From positions 7,688,001-7,752,000 of the forward strand of contig OZ024761.1 in the NCBI GenBank assembly GCA_964016885.1: DNA of 64,000 nucleotides. Direction: 5' to 3'. The number at the start of each line of letters is the position of its first letter. The first letter of the stretch is position 1. The notes beneath the pieces are model-generated. The model saw only the letters and a program-made list of their open reading frames with translations, did no database searches and was not told the DNA's origin. This DNA is from Eledone cirrhosa. Its lineage: Eukaryota. The translations under genes were made by a program, and so were the position numbers. This document shows, piece after piece, positions 26,801 to 40,400 of this stretch.

Positions 26801-27250
26801 TACAGGTTCTTGGTTTTGTCAGAGGCTACAAATAGGTGCTTATCATTCTTGATTTTAGTGATTAGAGAGTCTAGAGAGTTCAGGAAAGCGTTGGTGCACT
26901 TGTGTCTATTCTTAAACTTGACATTCTTGATCATATTTAGTAGGTCCTCCTTAAAGGCGTCCAACAGTATGTTATGCGGTGGGTTCTTGTAGGTCTTAAA
27001 TCCATATCTGTCTTTGCACCATACAGTTACCTCCCCTAGTGGATTATGCCCCTTTCACCGACACCATTGTGTTTACATTTTTATAATGCAGGGAAACGTG
27101 CAACTGATGAAATGATTCTCAACGGTATTTATACTTACTGATGACATTATATAATCTATTATTTCTCTGAGGATCCCATGTGGGCGAAACATGTGTAAGA
27201 GTTATATAAAGAACTTGTTTTAACGGCTTGTAACTAATTCATTCATTTGC
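23846..27250 (-). mobile_element. Decayed Penelope-like element (Naiad-type RT + GIY-YIG) with inverted terminal repeats
   Basis: Fragments LKDHKSNFNENPSVRLI, FDITMGS..DLVGIYLL, FLDVTLEL..YRPYRKP..YIN..SNHP, PYS..NFP..HRYHKILNKNNVKISYS, CNCR..CPL..CL..NVIY..YIGATYNEFKSR; stops and frameshifts; 23966-24185 is inverted relative to 27019-27250. Confidence 0.88.
27163..27201 (+). ncRNA. Minimal hammerhead in Penelope-like terminal repeat
   Basis: ttct CTGAGGA tccc-atgt-gggc GAAA C-atgt-G TA agag; the degenerate partner at about 24000-24036 (-) keeps the gccc/gggc stem II but has a mutated core. Confidence 0.7.
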
Positions 27251-27274
27251 TTATATGTATATATATATATATAT

Positions 27275-27782
27275 CCAGAGTTCCGTGTCTAATACAGGTA
27301 GTCTATTGTTAGGGTGTTTGGAAGGGTAGTCAATAGTTACAGTTATACTCTGGTGTATGGAATTAGCTATCTGCTGGATGCTTTCCATTGTGCTACGTTC
27401 TAAATCAAACTTGTTAGTGCTCTCTAGTGGGGATGTTCTTATAACTATATTGATATCGTCTACGTAACGAGAGTACATGATGAGGTCTATGGAGCTCTCA
27501 TTAAGGAGATCTTTAAGTCTCCTTTCCCACCATACCATAAAAAGGTTGGCAACATCACCGGCTATGCTGACGCCAATGGCTGCTCCCTCATTTTGGGTGT
27601 AGATCTTCTCGTTGAACTTGAATATGTGGCCCTTTAGGGTAGCTTTGATACTAGCCCCTATTGCATGTGCGAGCATTTTTGATTTAGAACGTAGCACAAT
27701 GGAAAGCATCCAGCAGATAGCTAATTCCATACACCAGAGTATAACTGTAACTATCGACTACCCTTCCAAACACCCTAACAAT

Positions 27783-27787
<5 letters not shown>
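27275..27787 (-). mobile_element. Second Penelope-like RT fragment (different family) with inverted end duplication
   Basis: FKFNEKIYTQNEGAAIG..VANLFM..YSRYVDD..LPVLD; 27299-27409 is repeated inverted at 27678-27787; (TA)n on both sides. Confidence 0.8.
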
Positions 27788-27833
<46 letters not shown>

Positions 27834-28511
27834 CGTTTAGACAGGTTTGCAAATTAAAGATACCGACCGGTGGTCCCTGCGGCTGGCTTACTAGTCGCTA
27901 TCTTCAATTTGCAAAGCTGTCTAAACGTCTAAAATACCTTATTGAGTGCTTAGCTGCTCATTCTGATTGCATTTGTTAGCTTAGCTGCAGCCAGAGTTTC
28001 GATTATGCTGTACTTCCATTTCATCATCATCATCATCATTTTACGTCCACTTTTCCCTGCTTGCAAGGGTGGGACGGGAACTGATTCTGGCTTGATTTCT
28101 ACAACTGGATGCCCTTCCTAACACCAACCTCATTTACAGGGAGTGCTGGGTGCTTTTTTGCTGTGGCACCTCCACGACCACTTTGCAGTGGAATGATAGG
28201 GACACCAGTCCCTATCATCTCATTTCTACAGCTGAGTAAACTGGAGCAATGTGAAATAAAGTGTCTTGTTCAAGGAAACAACACATCACCCGGTCTGAGA
28301 ATTGAACTCACAACCTTTCGATTGCAAGGCCAATTCTCTAACCACTAAGTCATGTGCCTTCATCTATATTTCACCAATTTATATGTAGAAGGTGAGAAAT
28401 ATTGTAGAACAATAAAACTATGCATATATCAGATAAGTAGCACTCAACAGTTGGTAGAACTGGAGTATATATAATAAAGATGAAATAAAAGATGGTTAAA
28501 AAAGTTCCATA

Positions 28512-28581
28512 TATTTTATGATGAGCATTTCGAAAACAACATCATCCTGGGACAAACATTGTGTTCTCATCAGATAAAATA
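28512..28581 (-). ncRNA. Minimal hammerhead ribozyme
   Basis: Minus strand: tattttat CTGATGA gaacacaa...ttgttttc GAAA T-gctc-A TC ataaaata; perfect 8-bp stem I. Confidence 0.72.
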
Positions 28582-28984
28582 AGGTAACATGATATGGGGC
28601 CTGGTTCACAAGTGTTTTTAGGCCTCATATCATGTTACCTTATTTTATCTGATGAGAAGACAATTTTTGTCCCAGGAATGGAACTTTTTTAACCATCTTT
28701 TAATTTCTTCTTTATATATATATATATATATATATAAAACGGAAAAAATGAAACAAAATTTCATTTCCCACTCCCAGCACGGTTGTTACACATATATATA
28801 TGTACGTATGGATTCACCGAATATTTATTATAATGCTCGGTGTGTTTGTAAACAAACATCCCGTATTAAGCCGTAGTGTCTAGCAACCATCGTTGCTCAT
28901 TTGTTCAACACTGACAAAGGAACGCTGTACTAGTCAACGTATACCTTCCTGCCAGATTGTTGAACGTATATATATATATATTAT

Positions 28985-29326
28985 GGAGGCACATGGCTTA
29001 GTGGTTAGAGCATTGGCCTTGCAATCGAAAGGTTGTGAGTTCAATTCTCAGACCGGGTGATGTGTTGTTTCCTTGAGCAAGACACTTTATTTCACATTGC
29101 TCCAGTTTACTCAGCTGTAGAAATGAGATGATAGGGACTGGGGGTCCCTATCATTCCACTGCAAAGTGGTCGTGGAGGTGCCACGGTAAAAAAGCACCCA
29201 GCACTCACTGTAAATGAGGTTGGTGTTAGGAAGGGCATCCAGCTGTAGAAATCAAGCCAGAGTCAGTTCCCGTCCTACCCTTGCAAGCAGGGAAAAAGCG
29301 GACGTAAAATGAAATGAATGAATGAA
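28985..29326 (+). mobile_element. tRNA-derived SINE (CORE-like body, RTE-type tail)
   Basis: A box TGGCTTAGTGG, B box GAGTTCAATTC; near-identical copies at 21098-21445(+), 28021-28362(-), 39753-40106(-), 49210-49547(-); partial at 46068-46367(-) and 61722-62140(-). Confidence 0.88.
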
Positions 29327-29341
29327 ATATATATATATGTG

Positions 29342-29372
<31 letters not shown>

Positions 29373-30571
29373 GTGTATATATATGTATATATATGTATAT
29401 ATATATGAGTGTGTGTACATGTATGAGGAGTGTACATACACACATATATATATGTGTGTAAATATATATGTATATATACATATGTATATGTGTATATATA
29501 TATATATGTATATATGTGGGTATAGGTGTGTATGTGTAGATATAGGTATGTATGGATATGTGTGTATATGATTATGTGTACATGTGTAAATGTGTATTTA
29601 GGTTTGCATCTATTTGTGGGTATGTATATTTTTGGTTGGATATCAATATAACTGTACCTCTCTCTATATATAGTGTGGATATATGCACTTTGTAATCTAT
29701 GAAATTTGTGTGTTTTAACTATGCCAACATGTATTTATCTGAGTTTGATTATTTATACATAAACATACTTGATAGTACTTTAGAGCGTATCATATGCTGT
29801 ATTATACTAAGTGCAATTTACCACACCGTACTATATTGTGTTGGTTATGTTGTATATTATCGCATTACTGTATTTCATTATCTCATTATAATTTTCATCT
29901 TTTAATATACTATCTTTCCTAGCCATAACCTTAATTTATATTCACCTTAAAACTCAATACAACACTAATCACCATTTATTTTGACATTCTTTTAAACTTT
30001 ACTATACCAGATACATTCAACTATCAGTTTGACAATCCCTTTCCTCCTAATAGATTTTTATGCCAAATCTACTATTAACACCCTTCAACCATTCCTTTCA
30101 AAGGGTCATGACCTCAACTAAAGTGTATTACTTTTCATCTTAACACCATATGAAAAAAACAATTTGATTGGTTAGTTCTTCAAGAACCTCCAAATAAGGA
30201 CATGATACTAACATACTACTAATTCTGAATAAAATAATTATTGAATAAAATTATTATTGTTTTTGAAAACAGCTGGTGATATGCATGTAGGTAAATATTC
30301 TCTCTATCTGATAGTTTGTAACTAACCTTACATAGATCAATAACGGAGTATAGCTACAATGTATTATCACCTAGAAACGATCGTAAAGCAGTGAAGTATA
30401 TCTCTAATAACTTGATTTTTTATTTCATTGTTTTAACTTATATCATGACTCTGTTTTCCTTTTAATGTTTTATTGTTTTCCGGGATTTATCTTGACCTAC
30501 AACACTTTCAACATATGGATTACATCGAGTTCTTCATGCAGAATAGACCCCACAACTTACTGTGGATACCC

Positions 30572-33480
<2,909 letters not shown>

Positions 33481-33564
33481 TGATGTGACATGATGTGGAG
33501 AATCCGTTGAGATAAGTTTAAGTTTATTATTCGTATCTCCAAACTTTTCGGTCTGCATGAGATT

Positions 33565-33609
<45 letters not shown>

Positions 33610-33734
33610 ATGTATATACATATATATTGATATATGTATATATATATGTATATGTGATATAAATGTCGATATATAAATTTCCTTCTCATTAACCTCCCAC
33701 CCGCCCCACCTATACCACATTTGGTATACATACC

Positions 33735-34825
33735 CAACGCTGTATGATAACCACTCCCTTGTGAATATATTATCGAGCAGACAAGGGGTGGACGAAGGCT
33801 CCGTAAGCCGTAGTGTAGGCAACCTGTCTAGGAGAGCTACCACTCCGAATAAATTGGTGTGGGGTAGAAACGTCCCCTAAGTCCAGTAAGACAACTTCCC
33901 TAGTGTTGGTGGCATGAATAAAAGCACCCAGTCCATGCTGTAAAATGGAGGGGCGGAAAGGACCCCTGTGTCCAGTAAGACAACCTCTCTAGTGCTGGTG
34001 GCACGTATAAAAGCACCTAGTCCATGCTGTAAAATGGAGGGGTAAAGAGGGCCCCTGAGTCCAGTAAGACAACCTCTGGTGAGATCTGCCTCAGCAAGAC
34101 TAATTGCAGGCAAATATCGTAGCTATAAGATTTTCTGGATGGGTAATGATGATGGGTTAGGTGGGGTGGGCATATTACTGGCTGAGAGATGGATCAATAA
34201 GACAATAGAGGTAGTTAGAGTTAATAATAGAATAATTAAGCTTAGATTAGTTGTAGGCAAGAGACTACTGACAATCATCTCTGCCTATGCTCCCCAGGCA
34301 GGCCTAGGTAAAGAAGAGAAAGACTGATTTTACGAGCAACTTTTACAAAAAGCCTTAATGACAGAGGACAGAGACATCATTATGTTAGCAGGGGACTTCA
34401 ATGGTCATGTTGGACAGCTCAAGGATGGTTACACTGGGGTACATGGTGGGCACGGTTACGGCTCAAGAAATGAAGAAGGAGTGAGGCTTCTTGAATTTTG
34501 TGATGCAAATGCACTAACCATTTGCAACACTAACTTCCAGAAGCCTACCAACCACGTAATAACCTACAAATCAGGCGAGCACATAAGCCAGATTGACTTC
34601 TTGCTAGTTAGACAACGAGACAGACAGATGGTGTCAAATACTAAGGCATACCTCGGGGAAGAATGTACCCCACAGCATAGGTCAGTCGGTGACATCTCAG
34701 TAAGCAAGAGAAAGAATGAGACATACAGGAAGGTGTGGAAAAGAAAGGTCTGGATGCAAAAAGACCTTTCATTAAAATATAAATTTAGCAAAGCCCTTCA
34801 AGATGACGTCACTAACCAGTGACCA
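33735..34825 (+). mobile_element. RTE LINE 5' part (AP endonuclease)
   Basis: GGVGILL, IISAYAPQ, AGDFNGHVG, SQIDFLL, QHR. Confidence 0.85.
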
Positions 34826-34916
34826 ATCCAAGGACGTACAAACAGGATGAAGACGGATGATATAGACTCGTAGGGTCAGAACTCCAGAAAGAGGATTTGC
34901 TCCGAAATCACTAGAC

Positions 34917-35005
34917 GTGTCTGAGGAACCTGCGAATCCAGAGTCAGGTTCGATCCACAAACAGATCGCACCTTGAGCTGTTCGCCGGGGAAACAATTGT
35001 AATAC
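34917..35005 (+). ncRNA. Hammerhead-like motif with extended stem II
   Basis: gtgt CTGAGGA acctgcgaa...ttcgccggg GAAA C-AATT-G TA atac; palindromic loop III; AATAAA follows. Confidence 0.55.
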
Positions 35006-35096
35006 ATAATAAATTCAGTTCCGATGCATCACTGATTTTTCGTTTTCCATTCTATATATATATATATTTGTGTATATTTATATATATATGTATATA

Positions 35097-35986
35097 CAGG
35101 GTGCGGACGATATTTGTTCGCAATTTTCAACTGCTAATTTTATGCCAATTTTTTTTACTTCCGTTGTCACTCTTGTCTTCATAAAAACAGTGACTATATT
35201 TCCATTATTTATTTTCAGAATAATTGATTATGAATAATTTTGAACCTCCAAGTTTGTGGAAGAGACACAGAGTTCTTTTTGGAATCCGCGCCGGGAGGAC
35301 AAATAAGGAAATTTCAGACTTTCTCAGCGTCAGCAGGAGAATGGTGGAAAAGGTCAGAAAGGAATTGGAATATTCAGGATTCGACTACGAAGCAACATCA
35401 GAGAGGAAAACACATGATCGACGATCTGACGCCTTCAGAACGCCCGAGTTTGTCGCTGAAGTTCAGGATATCATCAACAATGAACCTAGCAAGTCGATGC
35501 GTGCCATTGCAAGGGAGAAAGGCGTGGATGAAAAGCTCATTAGGCTGCAGGTAGGTCGTATGTGTGGCAGCAAGACTCAGCGCCCTGCCATACCAGTCTG
35601 GCTGTCAGAGAACTTCGTCGACCACACTTCACCTGACATCTGGCCTCCCAGCTCGCCTGATTGCAACCCCCTTGATTTCTTTGTGTTGGGCGCAGTGGAA
35701 CGAGACATCAACAGATCTAGCTGCAATACAAAAGACGATCTGAAGGCCAGGATCACAAGTGCCTTTAGGGGCCTAAGTCGGGGGACTTTGACGAAGGCCT
35801 GTAGCCGGTTACGAGGCCGCCTTGAGGCCGTCATCAAAGCCAATGGCGGGTTTATCGAGTGAGATCAAAAGAACAAGTCATGAAGACAAACTGACCCAAG
35901 TTTGATAAATAAATCTTAAAAAATAAAACTACTGTGTTATATTTTCCTAGACAGTAATCTTGCGAACAAATATTGTCCGCACCCTG
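35097..35986 (+). mobile_element. Tc1/mariner (maT, DD37D) internally deleted transposon
   Basis: TIRs CAGGGTGCGGAC(G/A)ATATTTGTTCGCAA, TA flanks; HTH region and WPPSSPDCNPLD retained. Confidence 0.9.
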
Positions 35987-36001
35987 TATATATATATATA
36001 T

Positions 36002-36075
<74 letters not shown>

Positions 36076-36278
36076 GAAGATGATGATGATGATGATGATA
36101 TATATTTGTGTATGTTTATATATATGTGTGTGTCTATGAACATATTTCTGTGTGTATGAATATATTTATGTATGTATGTATATATATTTGTGTATGTATG
36201 TATATATTTATGTATGTATATATACATGTATGTATGTGTGTGTGTGTGTGTAGTATTGAATAAAAGTCTCTACTGAAC

Positions 36279-36386
36279 CTGTCTAGTTGCTCCAACTGAT
36301 ACAGAAGTGTCTCGTTTTCTTTATACAGCTGTCTCTGTTCTTTGTAAAGACCATCTTTGTCTTGGTGGAGATGTCTATTCTGAGAC
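36279..36386 (-). CDS. KIF12: Kinesin exon, coiled coil: SQNRHLHQDKDGLYKEQRQLYKENETLLYQLEQLDR
   Basis: Heptad pattern; ttgtag acceptor; 108 nt, phase 2 to 2. Confidence 0.82.
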
Positions 36387-36960
36387 CTACAAGTAACAAT
36401 ACTAAGTTAGTCTCTGGTCTCTCTAAAGACCATCTTTGTCTTGGTGGAGATGTCTATTGTCAGACCTACAAGTAACAATACTAAGTTAGTCTCTGGTCTC
36501 TCTAAAGACCATCTTTGTCTTGGTGGAGATATCTATTGTCAGACCTCTCAGTCACAATACTAAGTTAGTCTCTGGTCTCTCTAAAGACCATCTTTGTCTT
36601 GGTGGAGATGTCTATTGTCAGACCTACAAGTAACAATACTAAGTTAGTCTCTGGTCTCTCTAAAGACCATCTTTGTCTTGGTGGAGATGTCTATTGTCAG
36701 ACCTACAAGTAACAATACTAAGTTAGTCTCTGGTCTCTCTAAAGACCATCTTTGTCTTGGTGGAGATGTCTATTGTCAGACCTCTCAATCACAATACTAA
36801 GTTAGTCTCTGGTCTCTCTAAAGACCATCTTTGTCTTGGTGGAGATGTCTATTGTCAGACCTCTCAGTCACAATACTAAGTTAGTCTCTGGTCTCTCTAA
36901 AGACCATCTTTGTCTTGGTGCAGGTATCTCAGACCTCTCAGTCACAATACTAAGTTAAAC
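36331..36960. repeat. 79-bp tandem array (about 8 units) overlapping a kinesin exon acceptor
   Basis: taaagacc recurs at 36345, 36424, 36503 and on to 36898. Confidence 0.92.
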
Positions 36961-37013
36961 CTATAAGTAACAATACTGAATTAGCAGAGAAAATATTTGA
37001 ATAAGGGCACAGT

Positions 37014-37095
<82 letters not shown>

Positions 37096-37606
37096 TATAT
37101 ATACACACAAATACATATACACACTCAATACACATATACACACAATCATATAGATACATACAGACACTTAAACTTCCATACATACGCATGCACACACTCA
37201 CACATACAGAAACACGCACACTCACATGCACACACAGATACACATACACATACTCACAATCACATAGACATTCACACTAACAGACACTACTACACACATA
37301 CAGATACACACACTCACAATCACAAACAGATACATACAGATATTCACACTCACACACACATGTAGATACATACACTCACACACACTTTCAAATATATGTG
37401 CACACGCACACTCAAATACAGATTCATGCATATACGCCCACACTCATGCACACGCACACACACACAAATACAGAGAGAATATCTGTAAAGTACAATAGAG
37501 GGTTTGCCTAACATTTTACAGATTAACATCTCCATTGCACATAAATCTGACAGCAAACATATGAAGAAAGAGGTAAAAATTATATAAAACCCAGTTAAGG
37601 ACCAAC

Positions 37607-37682
37607 CTAAGGGACTCATTTTCCAACATATATTCCTGTAACATCTTATAAAGGGAACTTTCAACCAATTTGGGAGCCATTT
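37607..37682 (-). CDS. KIF12: Kinesin exon: EMAPKLVESSLYKMLQEYMLENESLR
   Basis: LYxMLQEYMxENExLR stalk motif characteristic of KIF12; ccttccag/gt; 76 nt. Confidence 0.88.
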
Positions 37683-38127
37683 CTGGAAGGAGATGAGGAG
37701 AGAAAGGTAAATTTAGTTGAATAAATTAACATATTAATACTAACTGACCCTGTGCTGTCAAAAAGGACGACTAATTGTAATATCTACACATAATATAAAA
37801 AAAGATATGTTCGTTTGTTTGTTTGTTGGTTGGTTCCCTCGTATTCACTCACACAAGCGATACAAACACACAACTGCGATGCATCTTAGAATGCTGGACT
37901 TCTATAGTTACTCACCATCCTCCTTCCTCAGTCATCACATAGAAGTGTGTGTATGTAATAATTATTTTTTCTAAGTTTGTATGTATATACATATATATAT
38001 GTGTAAAAGTTCTATTTAAATTGTTGGGATACAACAAGCAAATATTTTTATAACTGATATAAAGCACTCAACAAATATTTGGAGTAAAAATACGATATAT
38101 TAACAAATGGAAACTATATTTATAAAA

Positions 38128-38207
38128 CCATATTTATTTCATTATACATATTTCAAGGACACCAAGTTAAATTATGGTGTGCTTTCATCAGATAAAATAT
38201 AATATAG
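38128..38207 (-). ncRNA. Minimal hammerhead (left arm of palindrome)
   Basis: Reverse complement of the 38439-38518 motif. Confidence 0.75.
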
Positions 38208-38438
38208 ATCAGTTTTATAAATAAATATTGACATACCCTTAAAGAATGCAACCATTGCTGTTGGAGGCTCCCGGATAGTGGAGTTGTAGCTTTAATTATA
38301 TTATTAGTATTGGATATTTTTATTTTTATTTTATTTTACTAATAATATAATTAAAGCTACAACTCCACTATCCGGGAGCTTCCAACAGCAATGGTTGCAT
38401 TCTTTAAGGGTATGTCAATATTTATTTATAAAACTGAT

Positions 38439-38518
38439 CTATATTATATTTTATCTGATGAAAGCACACCATAATTTAACTTGGTGTCCTTGAAATATGT
38501 ATAATGAAATAAATATGG
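38439..38518 (+). ncRNA. Minimal hammerhead (right arm of palindrome)
   Basis: tattttat CTGATGA aagcacacca..tggtgtcctt GAAA T-atgt-A TA atgaaata; stem I extends past a bulge. Confidence 0.78.
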
Positions 38519-38551
38519 TTTTATAAATATAGTTTCCATTTGTTAATATCG

Positions 38552-38582
<31 letters not shown>

Positions 38583-38652
38583 ATCCAGGGATAACTTGAA
38601 CCGTTAAGGTATATTATCCTTGGTTATGTCAAAATTTATAAAACACACTTCG

Positions 38653-38714
38653 TATTTTATCTGATGATAGCGTACCAACATTTTTGGTACCCTTGAAATA
38701 TATATAATAGAATA
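38653..38714 (+). ncRNA. Minimal hammerhead (diverged copy of the same family)
   Basis: tattttat CTGATGA tagcgtaccaa-cattt-ttggtaccctt GAAA T-ATAT-A TA atagaata. Confidence 0.72.
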
Positions 38715-39423
38715 AATATGGTTTTATAAATATAGTTTCCATTTATTAAATATCTTTGTATATATATATATATATATAGATATATATGTATGATAATAAT
38801 GGAGCTGCGGCGTTGCAAATGGGTTACATATGAAAAAGTTTGTCCTTCATCAGTGATCTTCCAACCATCATAGGCATTTCATCGCTTTAAAGACCATATA
38901 CCTCCGGTTGGTGCGAGCAACGGCTAAAAAAAGTCGTTGGGACACGTAAATAAAGGGGACGCGAGGGTAAACAAACAAAAATGGTTTAAGCAACAGAAAG
39001 TGATGAAGAAAGAGACAAGTCCCAGATTTTTATGAATTTAAATTCGGTGAAATCGTGAACAAGAGAATAAAGACCATCAAACCTGGTTGAAATGTGAGCA
39101 AGGAAGGAATTTCGCACAGGTCTAACGGGGGGAAGAAGAGGTCTGGTCTGCGAATTCGGTAAACATAAGTTCTGTGAAATCGTAGACGAGAGAGAGAAAA
39201 AAAATTCATACCAGCTTGGCCAGCGTGCGAGAGAAAAGAATCACACACAATCTTCATCACTTTCTGTTGCTTAAACCATTTTGTTTGTTTACCCTCGCGT
39301 CCCCTTTATTTACGTGTCCCAACGACTTTTTTTAGCCGTTGCTCGCACCAACCGGAGGTATATGGTCTTTAAAGCGATGAAATGCCTATGATGGTTGGAA
39401 GATCACTGATGAAGGACAAACTT

Positions 39424-39470
<47 letters not shown>

Positions 39471-39751
39471 GATTTGTGTGTTTGTAATTCTATTTTATAA
39501 ATATAGTTTCCATTTATTAAATATCTTTGTGTATATATATATATATATGTATGTGTGTAGTTGTGTGTGTGTTTGTAATTCTATTGTCTATGTAACTCTC
39601 TAAATAAACACACACAAACACATATACACACAAAAACACACACATAATCATAACAGCCAATGTGTGTAGCCAATTCACTATACATATAGACACACACAGA
39701 TGTAGCGAATATTGAATGTTGCCTTCCTCAGTCGACGTCATCACCCCTTCC

Positions 39752-39789
<38 letters not shown>

Positions 39790-40400
39790 TTTACGTCCAC
39801 TTTTCCCTGCTTGCAAGGGTGGGATGGGAGCTGATTCTGGCTTGATTTCTACAGCTGGATGCCCTTCCTAACACCAACCTCATTTACAGTGAGTGCTGGG
39901 TGCTTTTTTGCCGTGGCACCTCCACGACCACTTTGCAGTGGAATGATAGGGACCCCAGTCCCTATCATCTCATTTCTACAGCTGAGTAAACTGGAGCAAT
40001 GTGAAATAAAGTGTCTTGCTCAAGGAAACAACACATCACCTGGTCTGAGAATTGAACTCACAACCTTTCGATTGCAAGGCCAATGCTCTAACCACTAAGC
40101 CATGTGTCTCAGTCGATATCTTCACCCCTTCTTTCCACAGTCAACATAATCACCCCTTCCTTCCTCAGTCATCTCTACTGTGTATATGTATGTGTTTATA
40201 TTTATATATTCAAACATAAATGAGTTACCTCCCTTTGTGTGACAGACAAATACACAGTGGGTACAATATATTAATATATTACAAAAAATACAGGTAGCCT
40301 GAGTTTGAAGCACTGAGGCTATAGATTTAATATAAAGATTGGTGTGCGCAAGTGCAGAGATGCTATAAAATAGTTTATGAAATAGGATGAAGACCTTTAA

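Noticed and set aside
28985-29055. tRNA genes
   Set aside because: A/B boxes belong to SINE heads; no full cloverleaf
30270-30392. GAAA-C-GATC-G-TA half-hammerhead
   Set aside because: No convincing CUGANGA with matching stem I; possibly a decayed relic, not supportable. Similar weak cases at about 9730-9780 and 46430-46490
33735-33820. Hammerhead-like fold in an RTE 5' region (ctgtatga..stem..gaagg)
   Set aside because: Core has an insertion, GAAA is GAAG, and there is no valid NUH
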